64,000 nucleotides of DNA from positions 24,226 through 88,225 of the forward strand of contig JBAZXV010000001.1 of NCBI GenBank assembly GCA_041659685.1. The letters run 5' to 3'. The notes beneath the pieces were generated by a model. That model was given only the letters and a program-made list of their open reading frames with translations. It did not search any database and had not been told where the DNA came from. The translations under genes were made by a program, and so were the position numbers. Origin of the DNA: Parcubacteria group bacterium (GTDB lineage: Bacteria; Patescibacteriota; Minisyncoccia; Moranbacterales; UBA11712). Positions 48,373 to 58,139 of the stretch are shown in pieces. Position 1 is the stretch's first letter, and each line of letters starts with the position of its first letter.

Positions 48373-49566
48373 TTATTTTCCTGCAATCTTTCTTAATCGC
48401 GATACCGTATTTTTCAACGCGTTTATGAAATATTCTATTTCTTGCTTCGTGGTGTATTTTCCAAGGGTTATCCGCATACTGCCGTGGCTTTCTTCGTCGC
48501 TTAATCCGATGGCTGCAAGAACATGCGACGGACGGAGATCCCCGGATGAGCAGGCGCTTCCGGTTGATACAGCAACTCCTTCAAGATCGAGTCCCAACAG
48601 CAATCCTTCCCCCTCGACATCCTTAAACGCGAAATTGGCGTTATTGGGAGAGCGTTTGATCTTTGATCCATTGAGCTTAACTCCGGAAACCTCCTTCATT
48701 ATTCTGGAAATCATATAATCCCGCAGTTTCTCAACCATTTTATAAACTTTTTTTCTTTCCGTCTCGACAAGCTCCAGGGCCTTTCCGAGTCCGGCGATAG
48801 CCGGAACGTTATGGGTTCCGCTCCGAAAATTAAACTCCTGTCCGCCTCCGTCTTGGATCCTTTTTATCGGCGTGCCTTTTTTAATGAACAGGCAGCCGAT
48901 TCCTTTCGGGCCATATATCTTATGAGCTGACATGGAAAGCAAGTCGACTCCCAGGTTTTCTATCCGGCAGTCCAGATAGCTGATAGCTTGAGTGGCGTCA
49001 GTATGGAAAATAATTTTTCGATCGCGATTTTTGTTGGCCTTTTCGATTATTTTTCCAACTTCCCTGATCGGCTGAATTGTGCCGATTTCGTTGTTGACAT
49101 ACATTATGCTGACAAGCAGCGTGTTCGGCTTCAGGGATTTTTCTATGTCGATTGCCCGCACTAAACCGTCGCTTCCGACCGGGAGATATGTAATTTCAGC
49201 CATTCCCCGGTCCGCCAGGGCCTGGCAGGCGCTGAGAATGCAGGAATGCTCAATAGACGTAGTAATAATGTGCGGCCTGGGGCTTCCTTTTGTTCGCAAA
49301 GAGTCGGCTATCGCAGTTCCTTTAACGGCAAGATTATTGCTCTCTGTAGCGCCGGAAGTGAAAATAATTTCATCTTTTTCGCACCCAAAAAAATCAGCCG
49401 CTTGTTTTCGGGCAGTTTCAATTGCCTCGTCCGCCTCTCTTCCGAAGGAATGAAGAGACATTGGATTTCCAAATTTCTGAAAAAAATATTTTTTCATGTA
49501 ATCAAAAACCCTCGGATCGACAGGGGTTGTTGAGGCGTAATCGAGATAAATTCTTTTCTTTTTCAT
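48373..49566 (-). CDS. nifS: cysteine desulfurase (NifS/IscS class)
   Basis: 'SGATESNNLAVKG', PLP-Lys 'SMSAHKIYGPKGIG', active-site loop 'GSACSSGDLRPSHVL'; 397 aa. Confidence 0.9.
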   Translation of the reverse strand: MKKKRIYLDYASTTPVDPRVFDYMKKYFFQKFGNPMSLHSFGREADEAIETARKQAADFFGCEKDEIIFTSGATESNNLAVKGTAIADSLRTKGSPRPHIITTSIEHSCILSACQALADRGMAEITYLPVGSDGLVRAIDIEKSLKPNTLLVSIMYVNNEIGTIQPIREVGKIIEKANKNRDRKIIFHTDATQAISYLDCRIENLGVDLLSMSAHKIYGPKGIGCLFIKKGTPIKRIQDGGGQEFNFRSGTHNVPAIAGLGKALELVETERKKVYKMVEKLRDYMISRIMKEVSGVKLNGSKIKRSPNNANFAFKDVEGEGLLLGLDLEGVAVSTGSACSSGDLRPSHVLAAIGLSDEESHGSMRITLGKYTTKQEIEYFINALKNTVSRLRKIAGK

Positions 49567-49675
49567 ATATCATAATACTAGCCGTTTGAAAGATTTCTTG
49601 CAAGAACGGTTGTTTACCTTTTATGATTTTTGATTTATGATTCAATTTAGGACAAAATAATCTTTATCAACACCA

Positions 49676-50833
49676 ATGAATACTTCATATAGCGCGCTCG
49701 ACACATTTCTGACGTGTCCCAGAAAATATAAGCACCAGGTCATCGACAGAATAAAAACTCCCAAATCCAAGGAACAATTTTTCGGCACGCTCCTCCACAG
49801 CACGCTTAAGGTGGTGCATACGCCCGGGATACTTTCCCCCACCCTTGAGCAGGCTCTCGACTTTTATTCCAAGAATTGGAACGCGGAAGTATTCTCCGAT
49901 GAAACTGAAGAGAGGGCGGCGTTCGCCCAGGGAGTTTCGATGCTGCAGGATTATTATAAGAAAAACGATCCTTCTAAAATCAACATCGTCGATCTGGAGT
50001 CCCGTTTTCAGGTAGAAGTAGGATCCACTGGATCCGGAAAAGAGAAAGAAAGCGAAGTAAAGGAAGAAAAGCACATAATTACCGGCATAATCGACCGGAT
50101 TGACCGAACCGAAGACGGATTCGAAATAATCGACTACAAGACCACCCGCAAATTGCCCAGCCAGGAAAAAGTGGATAATGATCTTCAGCTTTCAATCTAC
50201 CTTGCCGGTTTTTTGAAACGATATCCCAATGAAATCGAAAATCTCGGAAAGATTAAAGTTTCTCTGTATTATCTTAAGCACGGCGTGAAATTGTCCTCGC
50301 AAAGAACCCTTGAGCAGGTGAAAAAGAGCGAGGAACTGGTGCTTGATCTCATCGGACAAATACAGAAATCTGATTTCGAACCGACAATTTCCGGGCTTTG
50401 CGACTGGTGCGGATTCCAGGATATCTGTCCGATGTGGAAACACAAATTCAAAGAGAAGGAACCAATAGATATTGATACCGCAAAAATAATTGAGGAATAC
50501 ATATTTCTTAAGGATGATGTAAAATCGAAATCCGACCGGATCGGAGAATTGCAGGAAACTCTCAGCAGTTATATGGATAAGGAAAAAGTCGACCAGGTTT
50601 TTTCGGACGCCGGAAGGATATTGCGCTCGATACGCAAGACATACAAATATGAAAAGGAAAAATTGCGCTCGATTCTTGAACCGCTCGACAAGTGGGATGA
50701 TGTTCTTAAAGTCGACGGAATTGCGCTAAAGAATATTCTTGGCGTTCTTCCTTATGAAACGAAAAAAGATGTTGAAAAAGCTAAAATTTTGGATAAGGAG
50801 TCGAAAAGTTTTGTAGTGAAAAAGGGGAAGTAA
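49676..50833 (+). CDS. PD-(D/E)XK nuclease with Cas4/AddB-type 4-Cys cluster (RecB-family exonuclease-like)
   Basis: N-terminal 'YSALDTFLTCPRKYK' (first Cys); 'GIIDRIDR' (motif II D); 'EIIDYKTT' (E-x-K); C-terminal 'CDWCGFQDIC'. Confidence 0.7.
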   Translation: MNTSYSALDTFLTCPRKYKHQVIDRIKTPKSKEQFFGTLLHSTLKVVHTPGILSPTLEQALDFYSKNWNAEVFSDETEERAAFAQGVSMLQDYYKKNDPSKINIVDLESRFQVEVGSTGSGKEKESEVKEEKHIITGIIDRIDRTEDGFEIIDYKTTRKLPSQEKVDNDLQLSIYLAGFLKRYPNEIENLGKIKVSLYYLKHGVKLSSQRTLEQVKKSEELVLDLIGQIQKSDFEPTISGLCDWCGFQDICPMWKHKFKEKEPIDIDTAKIIEEYIFLKDDVKSKSDRIGELQETLSSYMDKEKVDQVFSDAGRILRSIRKTYKYEKEKLRSILEPLDKWDDVLKVDGIALKNILGVLPYETKKDVEKAKILDKESKSFVVKKGK

Positions 50834-50860
50834 TATAATATGTGATCACTCTTTTTTCGT

Positions 50861-51358
50861 ATGTCTTTTTTAAAATCAAAATTTGCCGGATGGATAAAGC
50901 AATTCTTCCTGATTGACGACACTCCGCATAAGATTGCCGGAGGGGCGGCACTCGGCGTTTTTATGGGAATCACTCCAGGTGAAGGCGTCTTGATAACTAT
51001 CTTTTTTTCTTACATTCTTAGACTCAACCGTCTTGCCGCTCTGGCGGGAGTATTGGCTGTGAATATGTGGACCACTCTGATCGCATTGCCGTTTGCCGCT
51101 GCCATAGGCGGATTTATCTTCCGGGTAAATCCTGAAAAACTCTCGAGTGATTTCAAAAGGACATTTTCTTTAGGCTTTCGATATTTTTTCAACTGGAACA
51201 TTCTGCGCGAAACGGCAATCCCGCTGATTATCGGGTATGTTATCGTCGCTGCCGTAGTCGCAGCTGCAGTATATTTTAGCCTGCTGTTCTTTTTGATTAA
51301 GAAAAAGAGAGTGAAAAAAGGAGAGAATATTTTAACAAAAAACAAACTTGAGATATAG
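50861..51358 (+). CDS. DUF2062-like small membrane protein
   Basis: 'DDTPHKIAGGAALGVFMGITPGEGVLITIFFSYILRLNRLAALAGVLAVN' matches the DUF2062 signature block; 165 aa, 3-4 TM. Confidence 0.5.
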   Translation: MSFLKSKFAGWIKQFFLIDDTPHKIAGGAALGVFMGITPGEGVLITIFFSYILRLNRLAALAGVLAVNMWTTLIALPFAAAIGGFIFRVNPEKLSSDFKRTFSLGFRYFFNWNILRETAIPLIIGYVIVAAVVAAAVYFSLLFFLIKKKRVKKGENILTKNKLEI

Positions 51359-51387
51359 AAATCCTAGCATCAGGATTGGCGCCGGGT

Positions 51388-51894
51388 CTATTTGATGCAG
51401 CATTTGGCTCCCTGGTATCCCCTGCTTTCGGCTTCTTCCTTTGAAGAAAAACAAATTCGGTTTTCGGCCTTGATCTTTTGGGCGAATTGGCAGGTGGAAA
51501 GATGATATTTATTTGAATTTTTACTGGCGACAAACGCGCATTTTTTATTTTCCGAAGTCAGTTTATTCTTGACTTCGCTGGCTGTTTTTGAAACTGATGC
51601 GGTACTATTTTTACCGGATTCTTCCGAAGGATCGTCTTTTGGACAAGGAGCGCAGGCAATTTGGCTGACTTCGACCGTTCCTTTTTGGTTATTTTTTCCT
51701 TTAAGGAAGCCGGCTTCGAACGAAATGCCTGCAATAAGAAGAATACCTATGAAAAGAATAATTTTCTCTCCGTATTTTTGCCAGTGGTTTTTTAATTTTG
51801 TCTTTGCAGGCTGTTTTTCGCTCTCAATACTGGCTTTGTATAAGCCTTTTTCTTCGTCAAGGACTTCAACTTCGAAGCTGTCTGAGGTTGACAT
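51388..51894 (-). CDS. N-terminally membrane-anchored protein with C-terminal Ada-like Zn-binding domain
   Basis: TM 'IILFIGILLIAGISFEAGF'; C-terminus 'KCAFVASKNSNKYHLSTCQFAQKIKAENRICFSSKEEAESRGYQGAKCC' aligns with Ada N-terminal 'FVFAVRTTGIFCRPSC...RENVSFYANASEALAAGFRPCKRC'. Confidence 0.45.
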   Translation of the reverse strand: MSTSDSFEVEVLDEEKGLYKASIESEKQPAKTKLKNHWQKYGEKIILFIGILLIAGISFEAGFLKGKNNQKGTVEVSQIACAPCPKDDPSEESGKNSTASVSKTASEVKNKLTSENKKCAFVASKNSNKYHLSTCQFAQKIKAENRICFSSKEEAESRGYQGAKCCIK

Positions 51895-51961
51895 TGGCAG
51901 CGCTATGAGATAAAATCTTATAGTGATTAAGAATTAGCTACTAAAATTTCACTTTTTCATT

Positions 51962-52234
51962 ATGGCACATAGAAAAGCAGGCGGTTCCACTCAACTCGGC
52001 CGGGATTCTATTTCGAAAAGACTCGGCGTGAAGAAATTCGGTGGAGAAAAGGTTCAGGTTGGCAATATCATTATCCGTCAGCGAGGAACAAAATTCAGGC
52101 CCGGAAGGAATGTTCAGCGCGGATCAGACGATACTCTTTTTGCGCTGGCTGCCGGTGTTGTCAAATTTTCAGCTAAAAAAGTCAAAAAATTTACAGGCAA
52201 ACTGGCGAGAGTGAAGTTTGTGAGTGTTGAATAA
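51962..52234 (+). CDS. rpmA: 50S ribosomal protein L27
   Basis: '[51 protein letters not shown]' is near-universal L27 sequence. Confidence 0.92.
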   Translation: MAHRKAGGSTQLGRDSISKRLGVKKFGGEKVQVGNIIIRQRGTKFRPGRNVQRGSDDTLFALAAGVVKFSAKKVKKFTGKLARVKFVSVE

Positions 52235-52256
52235 CAGCCCGCCTGCATCACTTTTT

Positions 52257-52292
52257 CAAAAAATAGAAGCATAAAGCTTCTATTTTTTGTTT
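52257..52292. terminator. bidirectional rho-independent terminator between convergent rpmA and pyrG
   Basis: 'aaaaatagaagc ataaa gcttctattttt' is a perfect 12-bp stem, flanked by A-run on the left and 'ttttttg' on the right; overlaps the pyrG stop codon. Confidence 0.6.
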
Positions 52293-53914
52293 ATTGCAGA
52301 TTTTACGAAACGGCAAAAAAGAGGATGAGGTTTCAGGGGAGAGGATTTGAATTCTGGGTGAAATTGCGTGCCCAGGAAGAAGGGGTGTTGGTCTTTCGGG
52401 AGTTCTGCAATTTCCATAAGGCGTCCGTTCGGGGACACTCCCGAAAAAACTAATCCTTTTTCTTCGATTCTTTCGATATACTCCGGATTAACTTCCCATC
52501 GATGGCGATGTCTTTCTGATACGGAAACATTTTTATATGCTTCGTAGGCAATGGTGCTTTTCTTTATTTTTGCGGGATATGCGCCAAGTCTCATAGAGGC
52601 GCCGTAATTTTTGTCGGCCAAATTCTTTTTTTGCTCGGGCATGATGTCGATTACCGGAAACTTTGTTTCCCGGTTTATTTCGGTCGTGTTCGCTCCCTTG
52701 AGGCCCAAAATATTGCGCGCAAATTCAATCACGAGCAGCTGCATTCCATAGCAAAGTCCAAAATACGGGATTTTATTTTTTCGGCAAAATTCGATTGCTT
52801 TTAGTTTTCCTTCTACTCCCCTTTCTCCGAATCCGCCCGGCACAATAATTCCCGAATATTTCTTTAGCTCCTGAACCTTTTTTGGATCCTTTTCATATTC
52901 TTCGGCGTTGAGCCAGTCGATTTCAGGTTTTCGTTTGAAGGAATAGCAGGCGTGTTTTATGGCTTCGATAACGGAAATATATGCATCGGAAAGGACAAAA
53001 TCGCCTGTGCCGAAATATTTTCCCACAATACCGATTTTCAGAGTTTTTTGGGAATCTTTGATGTTTTGCGCCATGGCTTTCCATTTCACGAGGTCCTTTT
53101 TTTTCGGCTTCAGGCTGAGTTTTTTCAGGATAATTTGGCTAATATGGTCTTTTTCGAAATTAAGAGGGACTTCATAAACTGAATCAATATCCGGCGCGCT
53201 GATGACATCTTCCTCGCTGAGATTGCAGTGATCGGCCAGTTTCTCTTTTCGTTTTTTATCAAGTCTTATCTCTGACCGGGCGATAATCATATCCGGCTGG
53301 ATGCCGGCGGCATTCAGGGACCTGACCGCGTATTGGGTCGGCTTTGTTTTCATTTCCCCGATCATCGGCGGTACGGGAAGATAGCTTACTAATACAAAAA
53401 TAACATCGCCGCGATTTTGAAGCCGAAGCATCCTGCCGGCTTCAAGAAAAAGAAGGCCTTGGTATTCTCCGAGCGTGCCGCCTATCTCAATCAGCATGAT
53501 TTCGGCATTGGAATCCTGCCGGGCTTTTTGTATTCGGTGAATAATCTCTTTAGGAACATCCGGAACAACATCGACGCATCGTCCGCCGTAACCCATGGAG
53601 CGCTCCCGGTCTATTATGGATTTATATACCATGCCATTGGTAAGGTAATTGGCGCTTGGCAAGGTTATATTCATAAATCGCTCGTAGTGTCCCATGTCCT
53701 GATCGGTTTCCAATCCGCTGTCCAGAACAAAAACCTCTCCGTGTTCGGTCGGATTCATTGTTCCTGCGTCGACATTAAGGTACATATCCGTTTTCATTGC
53801 CGTAACCCTGAATCCTTTCGATTGTAAAATATTTCCAATCGAAGCGGTTGTTATGCCTTTTCCGACTCCGCTCATTACTCCTCCGACGACAAAAATGTAT
53901 TTTGGCTTTTGCAT
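52280..53914 (-). CDS. pyrG: CTP synthase
   Basis: ATG re-set to 'MQKPKYIFVVGGVMSGVGKGITTAS'; glutamine amidotransferase 'GLCYGMQ', 'HRHRWEVN'; 544 aa. Confidence 0.9.
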   Translation of the reverse strand: MQKPKYIFVVGGVMSGVGKGITTASIGNILQSKGFRVTAMKTDMYLNVDAGTMNPTEHGEVFVLDSGLETDQDMGHYERFMNITLPSANYLTNGMVYKSIIDRERSMGYGGRCVDVVPDVPKEIIHRIQKARQDSNAEIMLIEIGGTLGEYQGLLFLEAGRMLRLQNRGDVIFVLVSYLPVPPMIGEMKTKPTQYAVRSLNAAGIQPDMIIARSEIRLDKKRKEKLADHCNLSEEDVISAPDIDSVYEVPLNFEKDHISQIILKKLSLKPKKKDLVKWKAMAQNIKDSQKTLKIGIVGKYFGTGDFVLSDAYISVIEAIKHACYSFKRKPEIDWLNAEEYEKDPKKVQELKKYSGIIVPGGFGERGVEGKLKAIEFCRKNKIPYFGLCYGMQLLVIEFARNILGLKGANTTEINRETKFPVIDIMPEQKKNLADKNYGASMRLGAYPAKIKKSTIAYEAYKNVSVSERHRHRWEVNPEYIERIEEKGLVFSGVSPNGRLMEIAELPKDQHPFFLGTQFHPEFKSSPLKPHPLFCRFVKSAINKK

Positions 53915-54012
53915 CCTTTTAAACAATTAAGAATTATAAAATATTTTTTAAGAAAATTATTTTTCCATCCAATTATGCGAAGCAGGCAGCTGCAGAAAAT
54001 TTCCTCTTCACT

Positions 54013-54040
54013 GAAAAAGGGGCTCCGAAAGAACCCCCGG
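54013..54040 (-). terminator. hairpin plus T5 tract downstream of rplI (minus strand)
   Basis: Minus strand reads 'gggggttctttcggagcccc ttttt'; the 7-bp stem includes one G-U pair. Confidence 0.45.
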
Positions 54041-54069
54041 CGAAAAGTTATTAAGGATTGGAAATGTAA

Positions 54070-54516
54070 TTATATTTCTTCGCTGACTAAAATTATTCGC
54101 AAATTTGCTTCCAGTCCATGCTCCAGGCCTACGGAAACATCATATTCCCCAACTTCCTTGACCGGATCGGAGAGTTTTATGCTCGACGGATCGATCTTTA
54201 TCCCTTCTTCCTTCAATGTTTTGGCAATGGTTTTCTCATTTACGGAACCAAAGAGTTTTCCATTTTTCTCTTTAACTTTAATATAAACTTCTCTTCCTTC
54301 AAGCAATTCGGCTAATTTTTGAGCTTCCTCAAGTTCCATTCGGGCGCTTTCGGCTATTTTCACTTTTTCGGATTCAACTCTTTTTACGGACTCTTCGGTG
54401 GCAGCTTCGGCCAGTTTTTTTGGAATCAAAAAATTTCGAGCATATCCGTTGCTCACCTCTCTTACTTCGCCCTCCTTGCCTAGATCGGCCACATTTTGTA
54501 ATAAAATTACTTTCAT
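54070..54516 (-). CDS. rplI: 50S ribosomal protein L9
   Basis: 'MKVILLQNVADLGKEGEVREVSNGYARNFLIPKKLA' is the canonical L9 N-domain. Confidence 0.9.
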   Translation of the reverse strand: MKVILLQNVADLGKEGEVREVSNGYARNFLIPKKLAEAATEESVKRVESEKVKIAESARMELEEAQKLAELLEGREVYIKVKEKNGKLFGSVNEKTIAKTLKEEGIKIDPSSIKLSDPVKEVGEYDVSVGLEHGLEANLRIILVSEEI

Positions 54517-54536
54517 CGTTTTGGTTCTTTCTTGTT

Positions 54537-54564
54537 ATTATACTTCAAAATTTAAATGTGGCAA
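54537..54564 (-). promoter_or_regulatory. sigma-70-like promoter for rplI (TTGCCA-N16-TATAAT on minus strand)
   Basis: Minus strand: 'ttgcca catttaaattttgaag tataat aacaagaaagaaccaaaacg ATG'. Confidence 0.45.
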
Positions 54565-54588
54565 ATACCCTCCTATTTTTTTCGGTCG

Positions 54589-55902
54589 CTATCGCTTCTC
54601 CATTTTTTCCTTCAGCACCTCGGTTGCTTTGTCCATCTGGGGATCGCGGTCATTATTGTAATCTTCTTCGCTAAGATCGATATCGATGTTCGGGTCGATT
54701 CCTTTCTCCATTATATAATCTCCGTTCGGAGTTAGCCAGCGGGCAATCGTGACTCTAAGGGTTGATCCTCCGGAAAGTTTTTCCAGCTGTTGGACAGAAC
54801 CTTTTCCAAAGGTCTTTTTTCCGATGAGAGGCGCGTCCAGCTCGTCTCGCAGGGCTCCGGCGGTAATTTCAGAGGCGCTGGCGCTCCCGCTGTTTACCAG
54901 AACCACAACGGGGATTCCTTCAAGAATACTGCCTCCCCTGGCCGGGTAATCATCTTTATCGCCGTCTCGATTTTCTTCGGATACGACCAATTTTCCTTCG
55001 GGAATGAATTTTGAGGATATATCGATGGCTGATTCAAGGTAGCCCCCCGGATTGTTTCTGAGATCCAGGATTATTCCTTTACTGCCGGCAGATAATATTT
55101 GGTTTGCGGCTTTATTCATCTCTGATGTCGTGTCATCGCCAAACTTAGTGATTTTGACAACCGCGATTCCGTTTTCTTTAAATTCAAGTTTTACGCTTTT
55201 CACATTGATTGTGCCGCGCGTTATCTTGATTTCTTTTGGGTTATTGTCCTTTTCTCTCAATATCGTAATGGAAACCTCGGTTCCTTTTGGTCCGCGAATT
55301 TTTGTTACTGCTTCATCCACCGACATATCTGATGTCAAGGTGTCTCCTATTTTGATAATTTTGTCACCGGCGCGCAATCCTGCCTCCGCCGCCGGGGTTC
55401 CTTCGAGGGGAGAAATAACGGTCAATATATCATTTTTCATGCCGATTTCAATTCCAATTCCATCGAAAGTGCCCTGCATGTCGTCTGAAAATTGCTGGCT
55501 TTCCTCCGGATTCATAAAGCTTGAAAATGGATCACCAAGGGACTTTATCATTCCGGAAATCGCCCCATACATCATTTTTGTCTGGTCAACTTTGCTTTTA
55601 TCGACATATTTTTCGTTTATCGTATTCCAGGCTTCCCAAAAAAGGCTGGCATCAACATTTTGAGGCTGTTCACTGCTGTGGCTGTTAGCCAAAATATTTT
55701 CGAGGATTTTTCTGTTCGAATTTTTCGAAGATTTATATTGTGAATAGGAAAAACCGCCATAGAAGCTGACGCAGATTAGTATGATGACAATAAAAATTTT
55801 AAAATGCTTGCGAAAGGCCGGCTCTTTTTCGGTTATTTCCCTGTTTTGGGTAAAAATCTGAGTCTCGTTTTTTTCGCCGGCGGGGATATTGCTTTTCTCC
55901 AT
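54589..55902 (-). CDS. ctpA: carboxyl-terminal processing (S41) peptidase with PDZ domain
   Basis: N-terminal TM; PDZ 'GLRAGDKIIKIGD'; catalytic 'ILDLRNNPGGYL', 'GSASASEI', 'TFGKGSVQ'. Confidence 0.85.
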   Translation of the reverse strand: MEKSNIPAGEKNETQIFTQNREITEKEPAFRKHFKIFIVIILICVSFYGGFSYSQYKSSKNSNRKILENILANSHSSEQPQNVDASLFWEAWNTINEKYVDKSKVDQTKMMYGAISGMIKSLGDPFSSFMNPEESQQFSDDMQGTFDGIGIEIGMKNDILTVISPLEGTPAAEAGLRAGDKIIKIGDTLTSDMSVDEAVTKIRGPKGTEVSITILREKDNNPKEIKITRGTINVKSVKLEFKENGIAVVKITKFGDDTTSEMNKAANQILSAGSKGIILDLRNNPGGYLESAIDISSKFIPEGKLVVSEENRDGDKDDYPARGGSILEGIPVVVLVNSGSASASEITAGALRDELDAPLIGKKTFGKGSVQQLEKLSGGSTLRVTIARWLTPNGDYIMEKGIDPNIDIDLSEEDYNNDRDPQMDKATEVLKEKMEKR

Positions 55903-55922
55903 GCGGATTGATTATTATCAAT

Positions 55923-56756
55923 TTAACGCTTATTAATTTTTTCACGATGAGGGTTTGTTTTTCTGCAATACTTCCAAAAATATTTTATGGCGCTCTTAAT
56001 ATGCTCCCTTGTCAGCCGATTCAGGAGAACGGCTTTAAACGCGCCTCTGCCCACCGAACCCTTTCCGTGATAATGAAACATTTTAACGCCCGGGAAATAA
56101 ACGATCCTATGATTTCTTTCCCAAAATCTTCGGCACCAGTCCACATCCTCAAAATACATAAATCCGAAATTTTCTTCCATTGGACCGACTTCGTCAATAA
56201 CTTTTCGCGGCGCCATTATCGCCGATCCCATTATCCAGTCGACTTCTTGCGGTTTCTCTAAATCCTTATCCTTATACAAAAAATTGTCTATCCTTTTTCT
56301 CGCAAATCCGAATTTTCCAAGGGATGTTCGCCGATATAATATGATAAATGGAGAGTAAAAACGGAAGCAGGATGGTTGCGTTTTTCCGTCAAAGTTTAGC
56401 AGTTTCGGACCGATAATGCCAATCGACGGATCTTTTTTCAGCTGTTCGAGCAGAATGTCAGCGGACCTTTTTTCGATTATGATATCCGAATTTAATATCA
56501 GGACGTATCTTCCTTTTGCATTCTTAAGTCCTCTGTTGACGAGCTTGGCAAATCCCAGATTGTTCTTATGCGAAAAAAATATAATCTCGGAAAATTCCTC
56601 TCTCATCATCATTTCCGTATCCTCCTCCGTGGAGCTGTCGAGAACCATAATTTCGCAGTTCTCGTTCAGCACGTTCTTTTTGAGTGACTCCAGACAAAGC
56701 CGAAGAACCGATGGATTTTTATAACTCGTCACAATAATGGACAGGTCCGTATTCAT
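55923..56756 (-). CDS. family-2 glycosyltransferase
   Basis: 'LSIIVTSYKNPSVLRLCLESL', 'EIMVLDSSTEEDT', 'ILNSDIII'. Confidence 0.75.
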   Translation of the reverse strand: MNTDLSIIVTSYKNPSVLRLCLESLKKNVLNENCEIMVLDSSTEEDTEMMMREEFSEIIFFSHKNNLGFAKLVNRGLKNAKGRYVLILNSDIIIEKRSADILLEQLKKDPSIGIIGPKLLNFDGKTQPSCFRFYSPFIILYRRTSLGKFGFARKRIDNFLYKDKDLEKPQEVDWIMGSAIMAPRKVIDEVGPMEENFGFMYFEDVDWCRRFWERNHRIVYFPGVKMFHYHGKGSVGRGAFKAVLLNRLTREHIKSAIKYFWKYCRKTNPHREKINKR

Positions 56757-56789
56757 TTTTCGTTTCTGATGCTAAATTTGTTAACCGCT

Positions 56790-57848
56790 TTATTGAAATA
56801 CATTCTTTATGGCCTCATGTATTTTGTCGTAGTTCCCTCCGACGGGAAGCAGGATATATGTTTTCCCTTCGGGAGTGTCGGCTTTTGAAGAATAAAGGAG
56901 CCCTTCTTCCGATGTGTCAAAAACCTTTTGTTTTATTTGAGGGTCATGCATTTGGCTGGCGAGATCAAAAGCCTTTTTCATTTCGGAAATATCCATATCA
57001 GCTCGCACATCATCGCCGAGGATGTTCATGACGCTGCTTGCTTTGTTGAAATCAGCCAGTGTTCCCAGACTGAGCAGTTTGTCTTTCAGGGCGATAAGAA
57101 CCTGCTGCTGTCTTTTTGCTCTCTCAAAATCAGATGATGCATATCTGGCCCGGACGAAAAAAAGCGCTTTCTGGCCGTCGAGATGATTTTTTCCGGCAGG
57201 AAGGGAGAAATTTAGCGCATCTTCGCCTTCGAATTGGGTCGGCTCGGAAAAAGGCTTTTCGATATAAATGTCAACGCCTCCAACCGTATCGACGAGTTCC
57301 TTAAAGCCCTTGAAGTCGATTCTGACCACATAGTGGATTGGAAGCCCTGTGACTTCACTGATAACTTGCTTCATCATCTCCATTCCGTCACCTTCTCCTT
57401 TTTCCTCATATAAGGCATGAACAGCGTTGATTTTGCTGTGATTCGTTGTTCCCGGATCCTGAACATACAGGTCGCGAGGAATCGAAATCAGGGCTACTTT
57501 GTTTTCCTGAGGCCTTACGGACGCCACCATTATCGTGTCAGCCAAAAGTCCTCCTCCGGGCATATCGTTTCCCCGCATGCCAAGAAGAAGGATATTTATC
57601 TGTCCCTCTTTTTGTCCCTGGAGCTGATCGGCTCCAATGCCGGGAATTGACTTCCAGAGGCTTTTCATGAAACCGTCCTTCGTGGATATTTTACTCAGTG
57701 TTGTGCCGGCCCTGAACATTGCATATCCTCCAGTGGCAACCAAGAGGAGGATTATCACCAGCAGTATCTTGAACCATCTTTTTTTGTAAGATTTTTTCTT
57801 TTTTGGCTCATAAGCCTCCCGACTGTTTCGCCTTGAAAAAAACCCCAT
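56790..57848 (-). CDS. LytR-CpsA-Psr (LCP) family cell-envelope glycopolymer transferase
   Basis: 'INILLLGMRGNDMPGGGLLADTIMVASV', 'ALISIPRDLYV', 'KINAVHA'. The track ORF extends to 57968; ATG 'MGFFSRRN' at 57848 is preferred (N-terminal TM follows). Confidence 0.7.
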   Translation of the reverse strand: MGFFSRRNSREAYEPKKKKSYKKRWFKILLVIILLLVATGGYAMFRAGTTLSKISTKDGFMKSLWKSIPGIGADQLQGQKEGQINILLLGMRGNDMPGGGLLADTIMVASVRPQENKVALISIPRDLYVQDPGTTNHSKINAVHALYEEKGEGDGMEMMKQVISEVTGLPIHYVVRIDFKGFKELVDTVGGVDIYIEKPFSEPTQFEGEDALNFSLPAGKNHLDGQKALFFVRARYASSDFERAKRQQQVLIALKDKLLSLGTLADFNKASSVMNILGDDVRADMDISEMKKAFDLASQMHDPQIKQKVFDTSEEGLLYSSKADTPEGKTYILLPVGGNYDKIHEAIKNVFQ

Positions 57849-57960
57849 ATTTTTAAGATTATGCTTCAAAATAAAAAACAAACAGCCTCGCGGCATCTTT
57901 TGTGAGTATATTATAAATCTTCCGAAATGGCAATGCAAATAATAGTTTTTTAAATTGAAA

Positions 57961-57984
57961 GACGGCAATCCGAAAATTGCCGTC
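57961..57984 (-). terminator. perfect 9-bp hairpin (gacggcaat/attgccgtc) followed on the minus strand by a T/A-rich tract; lies 155 nt downstream of the sigma gene
   Basis: Seen directly. Minus strand: 'gacggcaattttcggattgccgtc tttcaatttaaaaaac'. Confidence 0.45.
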
Positions 57985-58139
57985 AGTTTAAGAAAATATC
58001 GTTAATTTTTCGGCACCCGCCTGAATATTCATTGGGTGCTGAAGACTATCTCTCCGCGTTCCTCCGCAACTTGCAGAGAGGTTTCCCCTTTGATCTTTGA
58101 GTAAGACAGAAAACAAAACGAACTCATTAATTCAATTCG

